NCBI GenBank assembly: GCA_963699935.1
Contig: CAVOVU010000009.1
Location: 77,781-141,780, forward strand
Reading direction: 5' to 3'
Source: Terriglobia bacterium
Lineage (GTDB): Bacteria > Acidobacteriota > Terriglobia > Terriglobales > Acidobacteriaceae
Length of the DNA stretch: 64,000 nt
The notes below the pieces were generated by a model that worked only from the letters and a program-made list of their open reading frames with translations, was not told the origin of the DNA and made no database searches. Of the stretch, positions 10,272 to 19,990 are shown one piece after another. Numbering within the stretch: the stretch's first letter is position 1; each line of letters starts with the position of its first letter. The translations under genes were made by a program, and so were the position numbers.

Positions 10272-12538
10272 GCGACAGCATCCTGAACGTAAGCCGGCGC
10301 GGTTTCCTGCAGGGCATCGTTTCCACCGGCGCCCTGATTTTGAGCGTGCGAATGGTTCCGGAATTCCTGTGGGCTGCCGAGGCATCGGGGGGCACCCACG
10401 CCGACCGTGCTGCACTGCACCCCAGCCTGTTTGTGGGAATCGATACCGATGGCACCGTCTATCTGGTGGCCGCCCGCTCGGAAATGGGCACCACCAGCCG
10501 CACCTCCGTCCCCCTCATTCTGGCGGACGAACTGGATGCGGACTGGAAGCGGGTGAAACTCGAACAGGCGATCGGCGACAAGCGATACGGCGATCAGGAC
10601 ACCGACGGATCGCATTCCGTACGCGACGGGTTCGCGATAATGCGCGAGGCCGGAGCGACCGCACGATTGATGCTGACCCAGGCAGCAGCACAGAAATGGG
10701 GAGTGCCGGTTTCAGAGTGCGAATCCGATCTCCATGTCATCGTGCATCGTCCCACCAAGCGCAAGGCAGGCTATGGAGAGCTGGCCGCGGCCGCAGGCAA
10801 ACTGCCCGTGCCCAGGAAAGAGGACCTGAAATACAAACCCAGCAGCGCCTGGCGATACATCGGCAAGGGTGCAACCAGCTATGACCTGACTGACATTTGC
10901 ACCGGCAAGGCAGGCTTCGGCATGGACGCCCATCTCGAAGGCATGGTCTTTGCCTCGGTCGAACATCCTCCTGTGCTGGGCGGCAAGGTCAAGTCTTATG
11001 ACGAGAAGGCCCCACTGCAAGTTAAGGGAGTAAAGCAGACTATTCCGATCAAACCCTTTACTCCGCCTCATCACTTTCAACCGCTGGGCGGCGTGGCCGT
11101 GATTGCCGACAACACCTGGGCCGCATTTCAGGGACGCAAGAAGCTGAATGTTGTCTGGGATGCCGGCGCGAATGCCGGCTACAACTCGGATCAATATAAG
11201 AAGGAGTTGCAGGAGACAGCCCGCAAGCCGGGAAAAGTCGCGCGCAATATCGGCGACGTGGATGCGGTGTTTGCCAAGGGTGGGAAGACCATGGAAGCGG
11301 AGTACTACCTGCCCCACCTGGCGCACGCCACCATGGAGCCGCCCGTGGCCCTGGCCGATTTCCGCGACGGCAAAGTTACCATCTGGGCCCCCACCCAGAG
11401 CCCGCAGGCGGTGCAGGAAACCGTCGCCGCAGAGCTTGGCATCCCTCCGGAGAACGTGATCTGCCACGTATCATTGTTGGGCGGCGGCTTTGGGCGCAAG
11501 TCGAAACCCGACTACGCCGCAGAGGCCGCAATCCTGTCGAAAGCCGTGGGCAAGCCGGTCAAGGTGGTGTGGAGCCGCGAGGATGACATAAAGTTCGGCT
11601 ACTATCACGCCGTTTCCGCCATGTACATGAAGGCCGCGCTGGACGAAAAGGGAATGCCCACCGCCTGGCTGCAGCGCTCCGTGTTTCCGCCCATCGGTTC
11701 TACCTTCGCATTGAATACCACATACGGCGACGGTGGCGATTTGGGCCAGGGGTGGATCGATTTGCCCTTCGACATTCCCAATCATCGCGCCGAAAACGGC
11801 CCGGCGGAAAACCATGTCCGCATCGGATGGCTCCGCTCGGTGGCGAATATCTATCACGCCTTCGCGGCGCAGTCGTTCGCCAATGAACTCGCACACGCTT
11901 CCGGACGAGACTCAGTCGAATACCTGCTGGAGCTGATCGGACCGCCGAGAATCATCGACGTAAAAGCTACCGCGCCCGACTACGACAACTACGACGGATC
12001 GCCCGCTGAATTTCCTCTGGACACAGCCCGCATGCGGCGCGTGGTTCAACTGGCCGCGGAAAAGGCCGGCTGGGGCAAGCGCAACCTGGGCAAGGGCTCA
12101 GGCATGGGCATTGCCGTGCACCGCAGCTTTCTGACCTACGTGGCCACAGTCGTCGAAGTGGAAGTGGACGATAAAGGTGAAGTGAAGATTCCGTCCGTAC
12201 ACACCGCCGTGGACGCCGGCATCGTGGTGAATCCCGAAGCCACCCGGGCCCAGTTCGAAGGTGCGGCGGTGTTCGGCACCAGCATTGTGCGCAGCGGGGC
12301 GATTACGGCCAGGAATGGCGTGATCGAGCAGTCAAACTTCAATGACTATCCCGTGGCCCGCATGAATGAAGCCCCGTACAAAACCACAGTCCACATCGTG
12401 GATAGCGACGCGCCACCGGCGGGAGTGGGCGAGCCCGGAGTGCCGCCGTTCGCGCCCGCGGTCTGCAACGCAATCTTCGCCGCCACCGGAAAGCGCATTC
12501 GCGAATTGCCGCTCTCCACAAATCCCATTGTCGCGTAG
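10268..12538 (+). CDS. Molybdopterin-binding large subunit of the aldehyde/isoquinoline oxidoreductase (IorB-like), with a Tat signal
   Basis: The ATG at 10268 overlaps the previous stop (ATGA). SRRGFLQG is a twin-arginine leader. 756 aa. Confidence 0.85.
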   Translation: MSDSILNVSRRGFLQGIVSTGALILSVRMVPEFLWAAEASGGTHADRAALHPSLFVGIDTDGTVYLVAARSEMGTTSRTSVPLILADELDADWKRVKLEQAIGDKRYGDQDTDGSHSVRDGFAIMREAGATARLMLTQAAAQKWGVPVSECESDLHVIVHRPTKRKAGYGELAAAAGKLPVPRKEDLKYKPSSAWRYIGKGATSYDLTDICTGKAGFGMDAHLEGMVFASVEHPPVLGGKVKSYDEKAPLQVKGVKQTIPIKPFTPPHHFQPLGGVAVIADNTWAAFQGRKKLNVVWDAGANAGYNSDQYKKELQETARKPGKVARNIGDVDAVFAKGGKTMEAEYYLPHLAHATMEPPVALADFRDGKVTIWAPTQSPQAVQETVAAELGIPPENVICHVSLLGGGFGRKSKPDYAAEAAILSKAVGKPVKVVWSREDDIKFGYYHAVSAMYMKAALDEKGMPTAWLQRSVFPPIGSTFALNTTYGDGGDLGQGWIDLPFDIPNHRAENGPAENHVRIGWLRSVANIYHAFAAQSFANELAHASGRDSVEYLLELIGPPRIIDVKATAPDYDNYDGSPAEFPLDTARMRRVVQLAAEKAGWGKRNLGKGSGMGIAVHRSFLTYVATVVEVEVDDKGEVKIPSVHTAVDAGIVVNPEATRAQFEGAAVFGTSIVRSGAITARNGVIEQSNFNDYPVARMNEAPYKTTVHIVDSDAPPAGVGEPGVPPFAPAVCNAIFAATGKRIRELPLSTNPIVA

Positions 12539-12540
12539 CG

Positions 12541-12674
12541 AGTCAGTTTGGAGACCATGAACCACGAAGGGCACGAAGGTCCACGAAGGAAACTCTGGAA
12601 AACAAAGCCTTCGTGATACTTCGTGTCCTTTGTGGTTTATGCACTTGCCGTGTCTGATCACGAAACTGACCCAC
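12541..12674. repeat. ~135-bp MITE-like palindromic intergenic element, copy 1
   Basis: Near-identical to 24144-24280 and to the reverse complement of 51266-51400. Nested hairpins aaccacgaagggcacgaag/cttcgtgtcctttgtggtt. The ends are gtcagttt...aaactgac. Confidence 0.8.
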
Positions 12675-12712
12675 GATCACTGGTCGCGTGGATGCTCTCG
12701 AGGGTATTTGGT

Positions 12713-13694
12713 TCAGGCCGGGAGTGTGCGTGTCCGGCGGGCTTCGTAAGACTTCAAGTGGGTGTAGGCGAGACTGAGAAGCGAAGGCTTGCCTTGCGCC
12801 CCGCTCCCTTTCTCACGCCGGAGCAAATCGCCGATGATGTGGTCGGCTTCGATCGGAGCATTGCGTTCGACGTCGCGCAGCATCGACGCCGTAAGAGTCG
12901 CGCCCTTCGCGGTCAGCATGTTGCGGGCTCGTTCCAACTGTGCGCCCCGCATGGGGTAGCCCGCGCCAGCTGCGATCGAGCGGCACTCTTCCAGCAGTCC
13001 AAGGATGGAGTCGGTACCACCGGGAGACGCACAAATATCTCCGATGGCGGCGCGCATCAGGCAGGTGCTGCCGGCCAGCGAAGCCAGGAAAACCCACTTC
13101 TCCCACATTTCCTGCAGGATTTCCGTGCTGGCATGCGCCTTGAACGGCGCCCCATCCATCAGAGTCGCAATCGCTTTTACCCGGTCCGACAACGCGCCAT
13201 TTTGTTCGCCGAAAGATAGGTCGTGGGTGTCGTTCAGGTGTACGATCTCGCCGTTGGTGAGAGCGGCTGCGATCAGGCATTGGCCTCCCAGCACGCGCTC
13301 GCGGCCGAATCGGTCGTTCAGAATTTCCAGGTGGCGCATGCCGTTGAGTAGCGGCAGAATGACGGTGTCCGGTCCAACTGCCGGCGCGAATGAGTTAATC
13401 GCGCTTTCGAGATCGTAAGCCTTGCAGCTGAGCAGCACGAGATCGAAGGTCTCTTTGAGATTTTCCGTCGAGAACGGTGGCAGGATTGGCCAGAGTCACA
13501 TCGCCGAAGCGGCTGCGAATTCTTAGACCGTGGGTGGCCAACTCGGCGGCGCGCCTGGGGCGGACGAGGAAGGTGACGTCTCGATTTATCTCAAGCAGCC
13601 GGCCGCCAAAGTATCCGCCAATCGCGCCGGCTCCAACCACCAGGGTGCGCAGCGTATCAGGTCCTCGACCGTTGTCTAGCATTACTCCACTCAT
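12713..13694 (-). pseudogene. panE: 2-dehydropantoate 2-reductase (PanE/ApbA family), with the frame broken near 13470
   Basis: The N-terminus [16 protein letters not shown] is in ORF 13395..13760. The continuation [19 protein letters not shown]...LLNGM is in ORF 12713..13438. The start is the ATG at 13694 or 13682. Confidence 0.75.
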
Positions 13695-14257
13695 CCAGAT
13701 ATCCCGGCGATGCGTCGCGATTCGTTCCACTCCGTTGTCAGTCCCAAATCGCTGATCCACTTTTCCAGATAAGCGTGATCCAGCGAATCCCGCCGTATTT
13801 TCGGGATTCCGGCCGCATCCTCAATCTGGCGTCGCGATTGAGCCAGTCTTGCCCATTCGAGCTTCGCAATCACCACATCCTCGGCCGTCGCTATAAACAG
13901 AACAGTCCCCAGAACGCTGACCTGTTGACGGCGTCCGAATTCTTCCTGGCTGAACGTACGGGACTTGCGGATGATCAGGCCAATCTTCCAACCGGATTCC
14001 AGGTCAATAATGTTGAACATGGATTCCTGTTTTTGGGCTTCTAGCGCCGCATCTAAGTCTGCGTAATATTCACCTTGGGGTAGGCTGCCGACGAATGCCC
14101 GTAACTGCGCTGGAGTGCTGGCGACGACAAAGTCAATGTCCTGAGTAGGGCGGGGAGAGCCGTAGTAGGCGCTGGCAAACCAGTCGGTTAGCATATAGGC
14201 GACTCCGGCGTGATCGAGTGCCGCCGTGATCTTCTTTAGAACTCGTGGGAAGCTCAT
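13691..14257 (-). CDS. Pol-beta-superfamily nucleotidyltransferase-like protein, function unknown
   Basis: [15 protein letters not shown] motif (GS...DxD type) followed by a helical C-terminal half. There are 4-bp overlaps with both neighbouring genes. Confidence 0.6.
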   Translation of the reverse strand: MSFPRVLKKITAALDHAGVAYMLTDWFASAYYGSPRPTQDIDFVVASTPAQLRAFVGSLPQGEYYADLDAALEAQKQESMFNIIDLESGWKIGLIIRKSRTFSQEEFGRRQQVSVLGTVLFIATAEDVVIAKLEWARLAQSRRQIEDAAGIPKIRRDSLDHAYLEKWISDLGLTTEWNESRRIAGISG

Positions 14258-14481
14258 TGCCAGTCGGGCAGAGGTGCAGGAAGAAATGCCAACCTCAGAA
14301 GTTCTCGATCAATCTGCATTTCAGGCCAGTCTGGATGCTCTCGTCGAATGCGTTCCCGGTTCAGTTCCCGGGCAAACAGGCTCATCTCAACCGCGAGTCG
14401 CAGTCGTTGCTCTCCGGACATGGAGCGTTGGATCTCGATCTGAATCGCCTGCGCGGTCCGACCCGTGTCGGTAAGAGGCAC
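14254..14481 (-). CDS. Small (75 aa) helical protein, translationally coupled to the nucleotidyltransferase-like gene
   Basis: ATGA overlap at 14254-14257. Composition is non-random and helical. I do not recognise a family. Confidence 0.45.
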   Translation of the reverse strand: MPLTDTGRTAQAIQIEIQRSMSGEQRLRLAVEMSLFARELNRERIRREHPDWPEMQIDRELLRLAFLPAPLPDWQ

Positions 14482-14508
14482 GGGAAAATGGTATCACGCA
14501 GGCAGATT

Positions 14509-14805
14509 TTACCCGCCCGCAATCGCCCCAATCACAATAAGCGGCTCCTTGCCGGAGGCGACGGCGTCGGGGAGCGGGGCGTCGGGTGACTCGTGGGAAA
14601 GGTCTTCCTCGCAGGCGAAGAAGCGGAGAAATGGCCGGCGCTCGAGCGTGTCGTGGTCGCGGATGGCTCCGCGCAGCATGGGATAGCGCGCCTCGAGCGC
14701 GTCCAGGACCGAGCGCTGCGTGATCGGGGCCTCGACTTCGAGCGTCAACTCGCTGCCGACGTGGGCCAGGTTTCGGAGATGGAAAGGGAGAATTATGCGG
14801 ATCAT
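14509..14805 (-). CDS. MoaD/ThiS-family ubiquitin-like protein with a C-terminal Gly-Gly
   Basis: 98 aa, ending in ...VIGAIAGG followed by the stop. Motifs [22 protein letters not shown] and [17 protein letters not shown]. Confidence 0.8.
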   Translation of the reverse strand: MIRIILPFHLRNLAHVGSELTLEVEAPITQRSVLDALEARYPMLRGAIRDHDTLERRPFLRFFACEEDLSHESPDAPLPDAVASGKEPLIVIGAIAGG

Positions 14806-14853
14806 GACTACACCAAGTCTTCGTCTTACTTACAGATCATATGAACTTGAAAA

Positions 14854-15801
14854 TCATGCAGCCTTTGACGATACCTGTCCAGCTAGTATCTTCGCAACAA
14901 ACCGCGCCGTGGCCTCTCCCACTTCACCCGGAGAATCCTCCTGTAAGAAATGCGCTCCTTTCACCGTTACTTCCTGTTGATTTGGCCAGGCACGGCAGAA
15001 TTCCCGCTGTGCACCAATCAGGAATCCGGCCGGATCAGCGTTAATAAAGAGTTTTGGTATAGGGCTGGCAGAAAGCCAACGCGAATAAGAATCTACGATT
15101 TTGACCACATCTTCCGGTTGACCCTCGATCGGCAGTTCTCTCGTCCAGGTCAACATCGGCTGACGCGAGGGACCGGGGTTCCTGTAGTGGCGGCGATAGA
15201 CCTCGATTGCGTCTTCCGAGATGCCGCGCAGGGGTAGAAGGTATTCGATGAAGAGGTTTTTCTCCAGAATTAATTCTTCTCCGGCTGATGTGCGCTGTGC
15301 CTTAAAAAACCCTCGTGTCGCTTCCGGCCATTCGTCCCAAGAAAGGAACGGGCGGACAATCGCCTCCATGTAAACAATCCCCTTGATTCGCTCGGGATAG
15401 CGTTGCGCCCAGTGAAATCCGAGCGCAGATCCCCAATCGTGAACAACCAGCATGACATTCTTCTTCACTCCCATCGCTTCAAACCAGGCATCCAGATAGC
15501 GACGGTGATCCACAAACCGGTAGGAACCGTCAGGAGCGATTCCTGAATTACCCATGCCGACATAATCCGGCGCCAGACAACGCCCCAGCGGCAGGACGTA
15601 CGGAATAATATTGCGCCAGAGATAAGACGGAGTGGGATTGCCGTGCAGGAAAACAATCGGGTCACCCTCTCCCACATCTACGTATGCCATGTTGGTATCA
15701 AGGACCGGAATGCGCTTTCGGTAAGAAGGGTCTTCGGTGGAAATAATCGAATGCGTCATGTCAATAGCTCCACAACCAGATATGAAAAGTGGCTGACTCA
15801 T
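14854..15801 (-). CDS. Haloalkane dehalogenase-type alpha/beta hydrolase
   Basis: FLHGNPTPSYLWRNIIP and VVHDWGSALGF motifs. The start may be the ATG at 15759. Confidence 0.8.
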   Translation of the reverse strand: MSQPLFISGCGAIDMTHSIISTEDPSYRKRIPVLDTNMAYVDVGEGDPIVFLHGNPTPSYLWRNIIPYVLPLGRCLAPDYVGMGNSGIAPDGSYRFVDHRRYLDAWFEAMGVKKNVMLVVHDWGSALGFHWAQRYPERIKGIVYMEAIVRPFLSWDEWPEATRGFFKAQRTSAGEELILEKNLFIEYLLPLRGISEDAIEVYRRHYRNPGPSRQPMLTWTRELPIEGQPEDVVKIVDSYSRWLSASPIPKLFINADPAGFLIGAQREFCRAWPNQQEVTVKGAHFLQEDSPGEVGEATARFVAKILAGQVSSKAA

Positions 15802-15829
15802 TCACCTTAGATTGTGAAACCGTATGCTG

Positions 15830-16100
15830 GGATTCCGGGACTTTGAGTTTTTCGAGAGCGCTGCGAGAGTCGCACGTGCAGTCTGCGAAATCGCCTCTGA
15901 TCGGCATCACGTCGGCCTGCGACAACTCCTGTTCACGGGCGAAGACGCGCAGGAAGGGGCGGCCCGGTTGCGTGTCGTGGTCGCGGATGGCGCCGCGCTT
16001 CCGCGTGCCGTGTTCGCCAGACGGCCAGCGTCCCGGTGCTTCGACTACCAGGGCTACCCGTTCACATCAGAAACCGCCTCGGCGGGCGAGGGCGCCCTCC
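15830..16100 (-). pseudogene. Degenerate second MoaD-like copy downstream of the BNR gene
   Basis: The DNA resembles 14581-14700. Recognisable pieces ([31 protein letters not shown]) are scattered over more than one frame. No intact ORF and no GG terminus. The boundaries are approximate. Confidence 0.4.
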
Positions 16101-16118
16101 CCACACACACCCCCAACC

Positions 16119-17275
16119 TCACCCCAGCGTCTGCACCTCCACGCTCAGCACCGCCGGCAAATCCCGCACGATCGGATTCCAGCTGTCGCCCGCATCGGCG
16201 GAGGCATACACCTGGCCGCCGGTGGTGCCGAAATAAATTCCGCACTTGTCCAGCGAGTCCACGGCCATGGCGTCGCGCAGCACATTCACGTAGCAGTCTT
16301 TTTGCGGCAGACCCTTGGTCAACGGCTCCCACTCGTTGCCGCCGCTGCGGCTGCGGAAGACGCGCAGCTTGCCGTCGGCGGATAGTGCAGAGAGTCGCTG
16401 GTGATGGGGACGACGTAAATCGTCTCCGGCTCGTGCGCGTGCACGTCGATGACGAAGCCGAAGTCGGTGGGCAGGTTGCCGCTGACTTCTTTCCAGTTGT
16501 CGCCGGCGTCGTCGGAGCGCATCACATCCCAGTGCTTCTGCATGAAGAGCACGCCCGGGCGCTTCGGGATTCATGGCGATGTGGTGCACGCAGTGGCCGA
16601 CCTCGGCGTTCGGGTCGGGAATGTATTGCGAGCGCAGTCCGCGATTGATCGGCTTCCAGCTGGCGCCGCCGTCGTCGGTGCGGAAGGCGCCCGCCGCCGA
16701 GATGGCGATGTACATTCTTTGTCGCATTGCTGGGATCAAGAATGATGGTGTGCAGACACATGCCGCCCGCGCCCGGCTGCCACTTGGGGCCGGTGCCGTG
16801 TCCGCGCAGCCCGGGGAGTTCCTTCCAGTTCTGGCCGCCGTCGGTCGAGCGGAAGATGGCGGCGTCTTCCACGCCGGCGTAAACCGTGTCGGGATCGGTG
16901 AGCGACGGCTCCAGGTGCCACACCCGCTTGAACTCCCAGGGATGCTGCGTGCCGTCGTACCACTGATGCGTGGTCAGCGGCGCGGCCGCCGTGTCGTAGG
17001 CGAACTTGTTGCTCTCGCCTTTGGGCGGGCCGTCGGGCAGGCTGTGGTTCGCCCTTCGGCGTGCCCGGCTGGAGCCAGGTCTTGCCGCCATCGTCGGAGC
17101 GCTGGATGATCTGGCCAAACCATCCGCTGGTCTGCGAGGCATAAATCCGATTCGGATCGGCCGGCGATCCCTTGAGGTGGTAAAGCTCCCAGCCCGCGAA
17201 ATGCGGACCGCTGACCTCCCATTTATCGCGCTTGCCGTCCGACGTCAGTATGAACGCGCCTTTGCGTGTGCCCAA
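16119..17275 (-). pseudogene. BNR/Asp-box repeat (sialidase-fold, WD40/YVTN-like) protein broken by at least four frame shifts
   Basis: A coherent protein can be read across ORFs 16736..17275, 16522..17142, 16119..16739, 16319..16552 and back to 16119..16739. It has repeated SxDxGxxW boxes ([43 protein letters not shown]). The breaks are near 17050, 16718, 16557 and 16380. Confidence 0.7.
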
Positions 17276-17293
17276 CCAGTACTCGTACTTTGC

Positions 17294-17734
17294 TCATTCC
17301 TTCCTCCTCATGAAATTGTTGGCCAGAGACTCCCGATCTATTGCGGCTTGTGTCGAGTTGTCTTCGCTAACCTGCCATCGGCATCGTAAGTGCGCCATTC
17401 TCCGACTCTTCTTGTCAGCGATGTATTTGCCTTCGTCATACAGCGCGCCATTGGGATGGTATCTCCGCCAGGTGCCGGACTTCTTCTCGTCATCGAAGGC
17501 GCCGATCTGCATCACCTCGCCATTTTCGCGATACCACGTCCACTCCCCGATCATCTTGCCCTGGGAGAACTGGCCCACCGCCTTCAGCAGACCGTTGCGC
17601 AGGTAGTACTTCCACTCGCCGGTCTTCTCTCCCCTGCTGTATTGGCCGACGCACGAAAGCGTGCCATCCTTGAAGTATTCCTTGAAGATGCCATCCTTCG
17701 GTCGGCCTTTGGATTCGTGTTTGCTTTTGTCCAT
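17294..17734 (-). CDS. MORN-repeat (YwqK-like) protein; the 3' end is probably frame-shifted
   Basis: Repeated G.W..Y..NG motifs. After KKS the repeat continues in another frame (GEWRTYDADGRLAKTTRHKPQ, stop at 17338). This implies one extra base near 17404. Confidence 0.65.
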   Translation of the reverse strand: MDKSKHESKGRPKDGIFKEYFKDGTLSCVGQYSRGEKTGEWKYYLRNGLLKAVGQFSQGKMIGEWTWYRENGEVMQIGAFDDEKKSGTWRRYHPNGALYDEGKYIADKKSRRMAHLRCRWQVSEDNSTQAAIDRESLANNFMRRKE

Positions 17735-17765
17735 CCCATCGAACCTCTAGCTGCCCAAGGCGACG

Positions 17766-18566
17766 CTACTTTGCCTGCACCTCATGACAACACGGTTTTG
17801 CTTCCTCGGCCACGAACGCCCCAGTGGCATCGACGTAGCCGCCCTGCCCGTACCGGTCGTGGTGCCGCACCCAGTCCGACAGGTTGTGATTCGGGCCGTT
17901 CTCATTGCGGCCTTTGGGGGTCAGGTCGAGATACATGTAGGCGCCGAGCACTTCCTCGTTCCCTCGAGCATAACTGGAATAGGTGTGGAACACTTCGCCG
18001 TTCTTGTTTTTATAGAAGACGCTGATGCCGGAGAGGTCCTCGATCGAAGCAGGGGTTGCGGTGTAGTTGTAGAAGACCTCGCCTGTCGCCAGGTCACCCG
18101 GCTTAAACGAAACGTGATAATCGTAGTTGAAGTCGTTGGCGTACGACGATACCCAGTTAAACCGCCAGCCCATGCGTTTCTTATAGGCCCTAAGCTCGGA
18201 GACCGAAGCGCGGGAGCAGACCACAAAGCTCACGTCATGGTGAGCGAGGTGCTGATTGGCCCCGTCGATGTGGTCAGCCAGGAATGAGCATCCGACGCAT
18301 CGGTCATCCATGTCCCGCCGCCACATGAAATGGTAAACAATCAGCTGGCTGCGCCCCTCAAACAGGTCGGCAAGGGTCTTCTTGCCTTCTTGCGTATCAA
18401 ACACATACTCCTTATCGACCCTGACCCAGGGCAACCGGCGGCGCTCCGCGCTCACCGCGTCGCGCGCGCGGGTGAGCTCCTTTTCCCTGGCCAGAAGTTC
18501 CTTACGGGCAGCCAGCCACTCGGTTCTCGACACGACTTTCGCGTTTTCCAAATTGCTCTCTGTCAC
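17766..18566 (-). CDS. DUF899 (thioredoxin-like) domain protein
   Basis: The N-terminus WLAARKELLAREKELTRARDAVSAERRRLPWV is characteristic of DUF899. Confidence 0.8.
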   Translation of the reverse strand: MTESNLENAKVVSRTEWLAARKELLAREKELTRARDAVSAERRRLPWVRVDKEYVFDTQEGKKTLADLFEGRSQLIVYHFMWRRDMDDRCVGCSFLADHIDGANQHLAHHDVSFVVCSRASVSELRAYKKRMGWRFNWVSSYANDFNYDYHVSFKPGDLATGEVFYNYTATPASIEDLSGISVFYKNKNGEVFHTYSSYARGNEEVLGAYMYLDLTPKGRNENGPNHNLSDWVRHHDRYGQGGYVDATGAFVAEEAKPCCHEVQAK

Positions 18567-18568
18567 GG

Positions 18569-18979
18569 TCAGTTCTCCTTCTGGCTTTTCAGCGGGATGA
18601 GTGTGCGCAGCCGTTCATCGCGTAAGTAGAGTCCCGCCCAGATCAATGCGCCAAGAACGGGGGGAAAGATGTACCACGCGTCCTGGACGCGAACCTGGGT
18701 GGCAGTCGCGCCTCCCAAATACCCGGTCAGCAGGATCGCGCCCAGAATCGAGGTACGGGGAATGGCATAAAGCAGGACACAAACCAGCGCGATGACTCCG
18801 ATAGGCAGGACCGTGCTGGCGGGATATCCCAGTCGAACCGTTCCCTCCACGGCGGCGGGCAGTTTCAGAATCTTTATGCCGGCGTCGAAAAGCATGAACA
18901 CGATCATCAATCCGCTGATGACGCGTCCCACCCACAGCATGGCCTTCGAGGCCGGCGCGGTTTGTGTGCCTGATGGCAT
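18569..18979 (-). CDS. DoxX-like small membrane protein
   Basis: Four predicted TM helices, 136 aa, 2 bp downstream of the DUF899 gene (a common pairing). Confidence 0.65.
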   Translation of the reverse strand: MPSGTQTAPASKAMLWVGRVISGLMIVFMLFDAGIKILKLPAAVEGTVRLGYPASTVLPIGVIALVCVLLYAIPRTSILGAILLTGYLGGATATQVRVQDAWYIFPPVLGALIWAGLYLRDERLRTLIPLKSQKEN

Positions 18980-19026
18980 AAGCGTTTCCTTTAAGTATCT
19001 AGGCTATGAGATTAGGGAGCATAGAG

Positions 19027-19440
19027 TTAGGCCGCTTTTGCGCAATTCACCATCCACGGTGTCCCGAACTGATCGACCAGCATGCCAAAGCGTTTCGCCC
19101 AGAAAGTCTCCTGGATCGGCATGACGGTGGCCTGCGCGTTTTCTCCCAGGGCCTTGAAGATGCGTTCCGCTTCGGCCGGCTCCTTGACCTGTATGTTCAC
19201 GGAGAAGCCCTGCGGCCTTTGAAAGCGGGCAGGCGGAGCGTCAGAACCCATAAGCACCTGATCGCCAATGGTCAGGCGGGCATGCAGGATCTTGGCACGC
19301 CACTCTGCCGGCACCTGGTCGGCCGCGGGTGTACCTTCATGCGGGATCATGGCTTCAATCTTGCCCCCCAGACCCTTGGCGTAAAACTTGAAGGCGTTCT
19401 CGCATTGACCGTCGAAAAGAAGATAAGAATTCATTTGCAT
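19027..19440 (-). CDS. VOC/glyoxalase-fold protein (PhnB/YjdN-like)
   Basis: MNSYLLFDGQCENAFKFY and FWAKRFGMLVDQFGTPWMVN motifs. Confidence 0.7.
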   Translation of the reverse strand: MQMNSYLLFDGQCENAFKFYAKGLGGKIEAMIPHEGTPAADQVPAEWRAKILHARLTIGDQVLMGSDAPPARFQRPQGFSVNIQVKEPAEAERIFKALGENAQATVMPIQETFWAKRFGMLVDQFGTPWMVNCAKAA

Positions 19441-19556
19441 GGTAGTTTCTCCGTTCTTTGGTTTGACGGCAGAATTTCCGGACGGTTACACCCCACCCAG
19501 CCTGCCCTCTACCAGTAAGTCGAACGGCGGCCGGGCAAATCGACACGCCGAATAAA

Positions 19557-19913
19557 TTAAGTTGCGGGCAGGCTGGGAACTTCTACGACCGGCCGGATTT
19601 CCACCGTGCCATAGCGCCCGGCTGGAATATGCCCGGCAATATCGATGGCCTCGTCAAGGTTCCTGGCATCGATCAGGAAGTAACCGCCGAGCTGTTCTCG
19701 CGTTTCAGCGAAGGGGCCATCGGTCACCAGCCGTTTGCCGTCGATGGTGCGCACGCTGGTGGCGGTTGCGGTCGGATGCAAGGGTCCGGCGCCCAGAAAC
19801 TGCCCTTTGTCGTGCAATGTCTGCGCGTACTGCGACGACTCCTGGTAACAGTGTTCCCGCTCCGCCTGGTTCAGGCTCTGCTCATCCATATAAATCAATA
19901 ACATGTATTTCAT
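19557..19913 (-). CDS. YciI-family protein
   Basis: MKYMLLIY...DGPFAETREQLGGYFLI motif. The ATG at 19913 is preferred over the ORF-track start at 19973. Confidence 0.8.
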   Translation of the reverse strand: MKYMLLIYMDEQSLNQAEREHCYQESSQYAQTLHDKGQFLGAGPLHPTATATSVRTIDGKRLVTDGPFAETREQLGGYFLIDARNLDEAIDIAGHIPAGRYGTVEIRPVVEVPSLPAT

Positions 19914-19990
19914 GTCTGTCGCCCTCATTGGTGGATCGAATAGCGGATGTCCAGATCGACACCCCGACAACAAAAACTCTACAATCGGAT

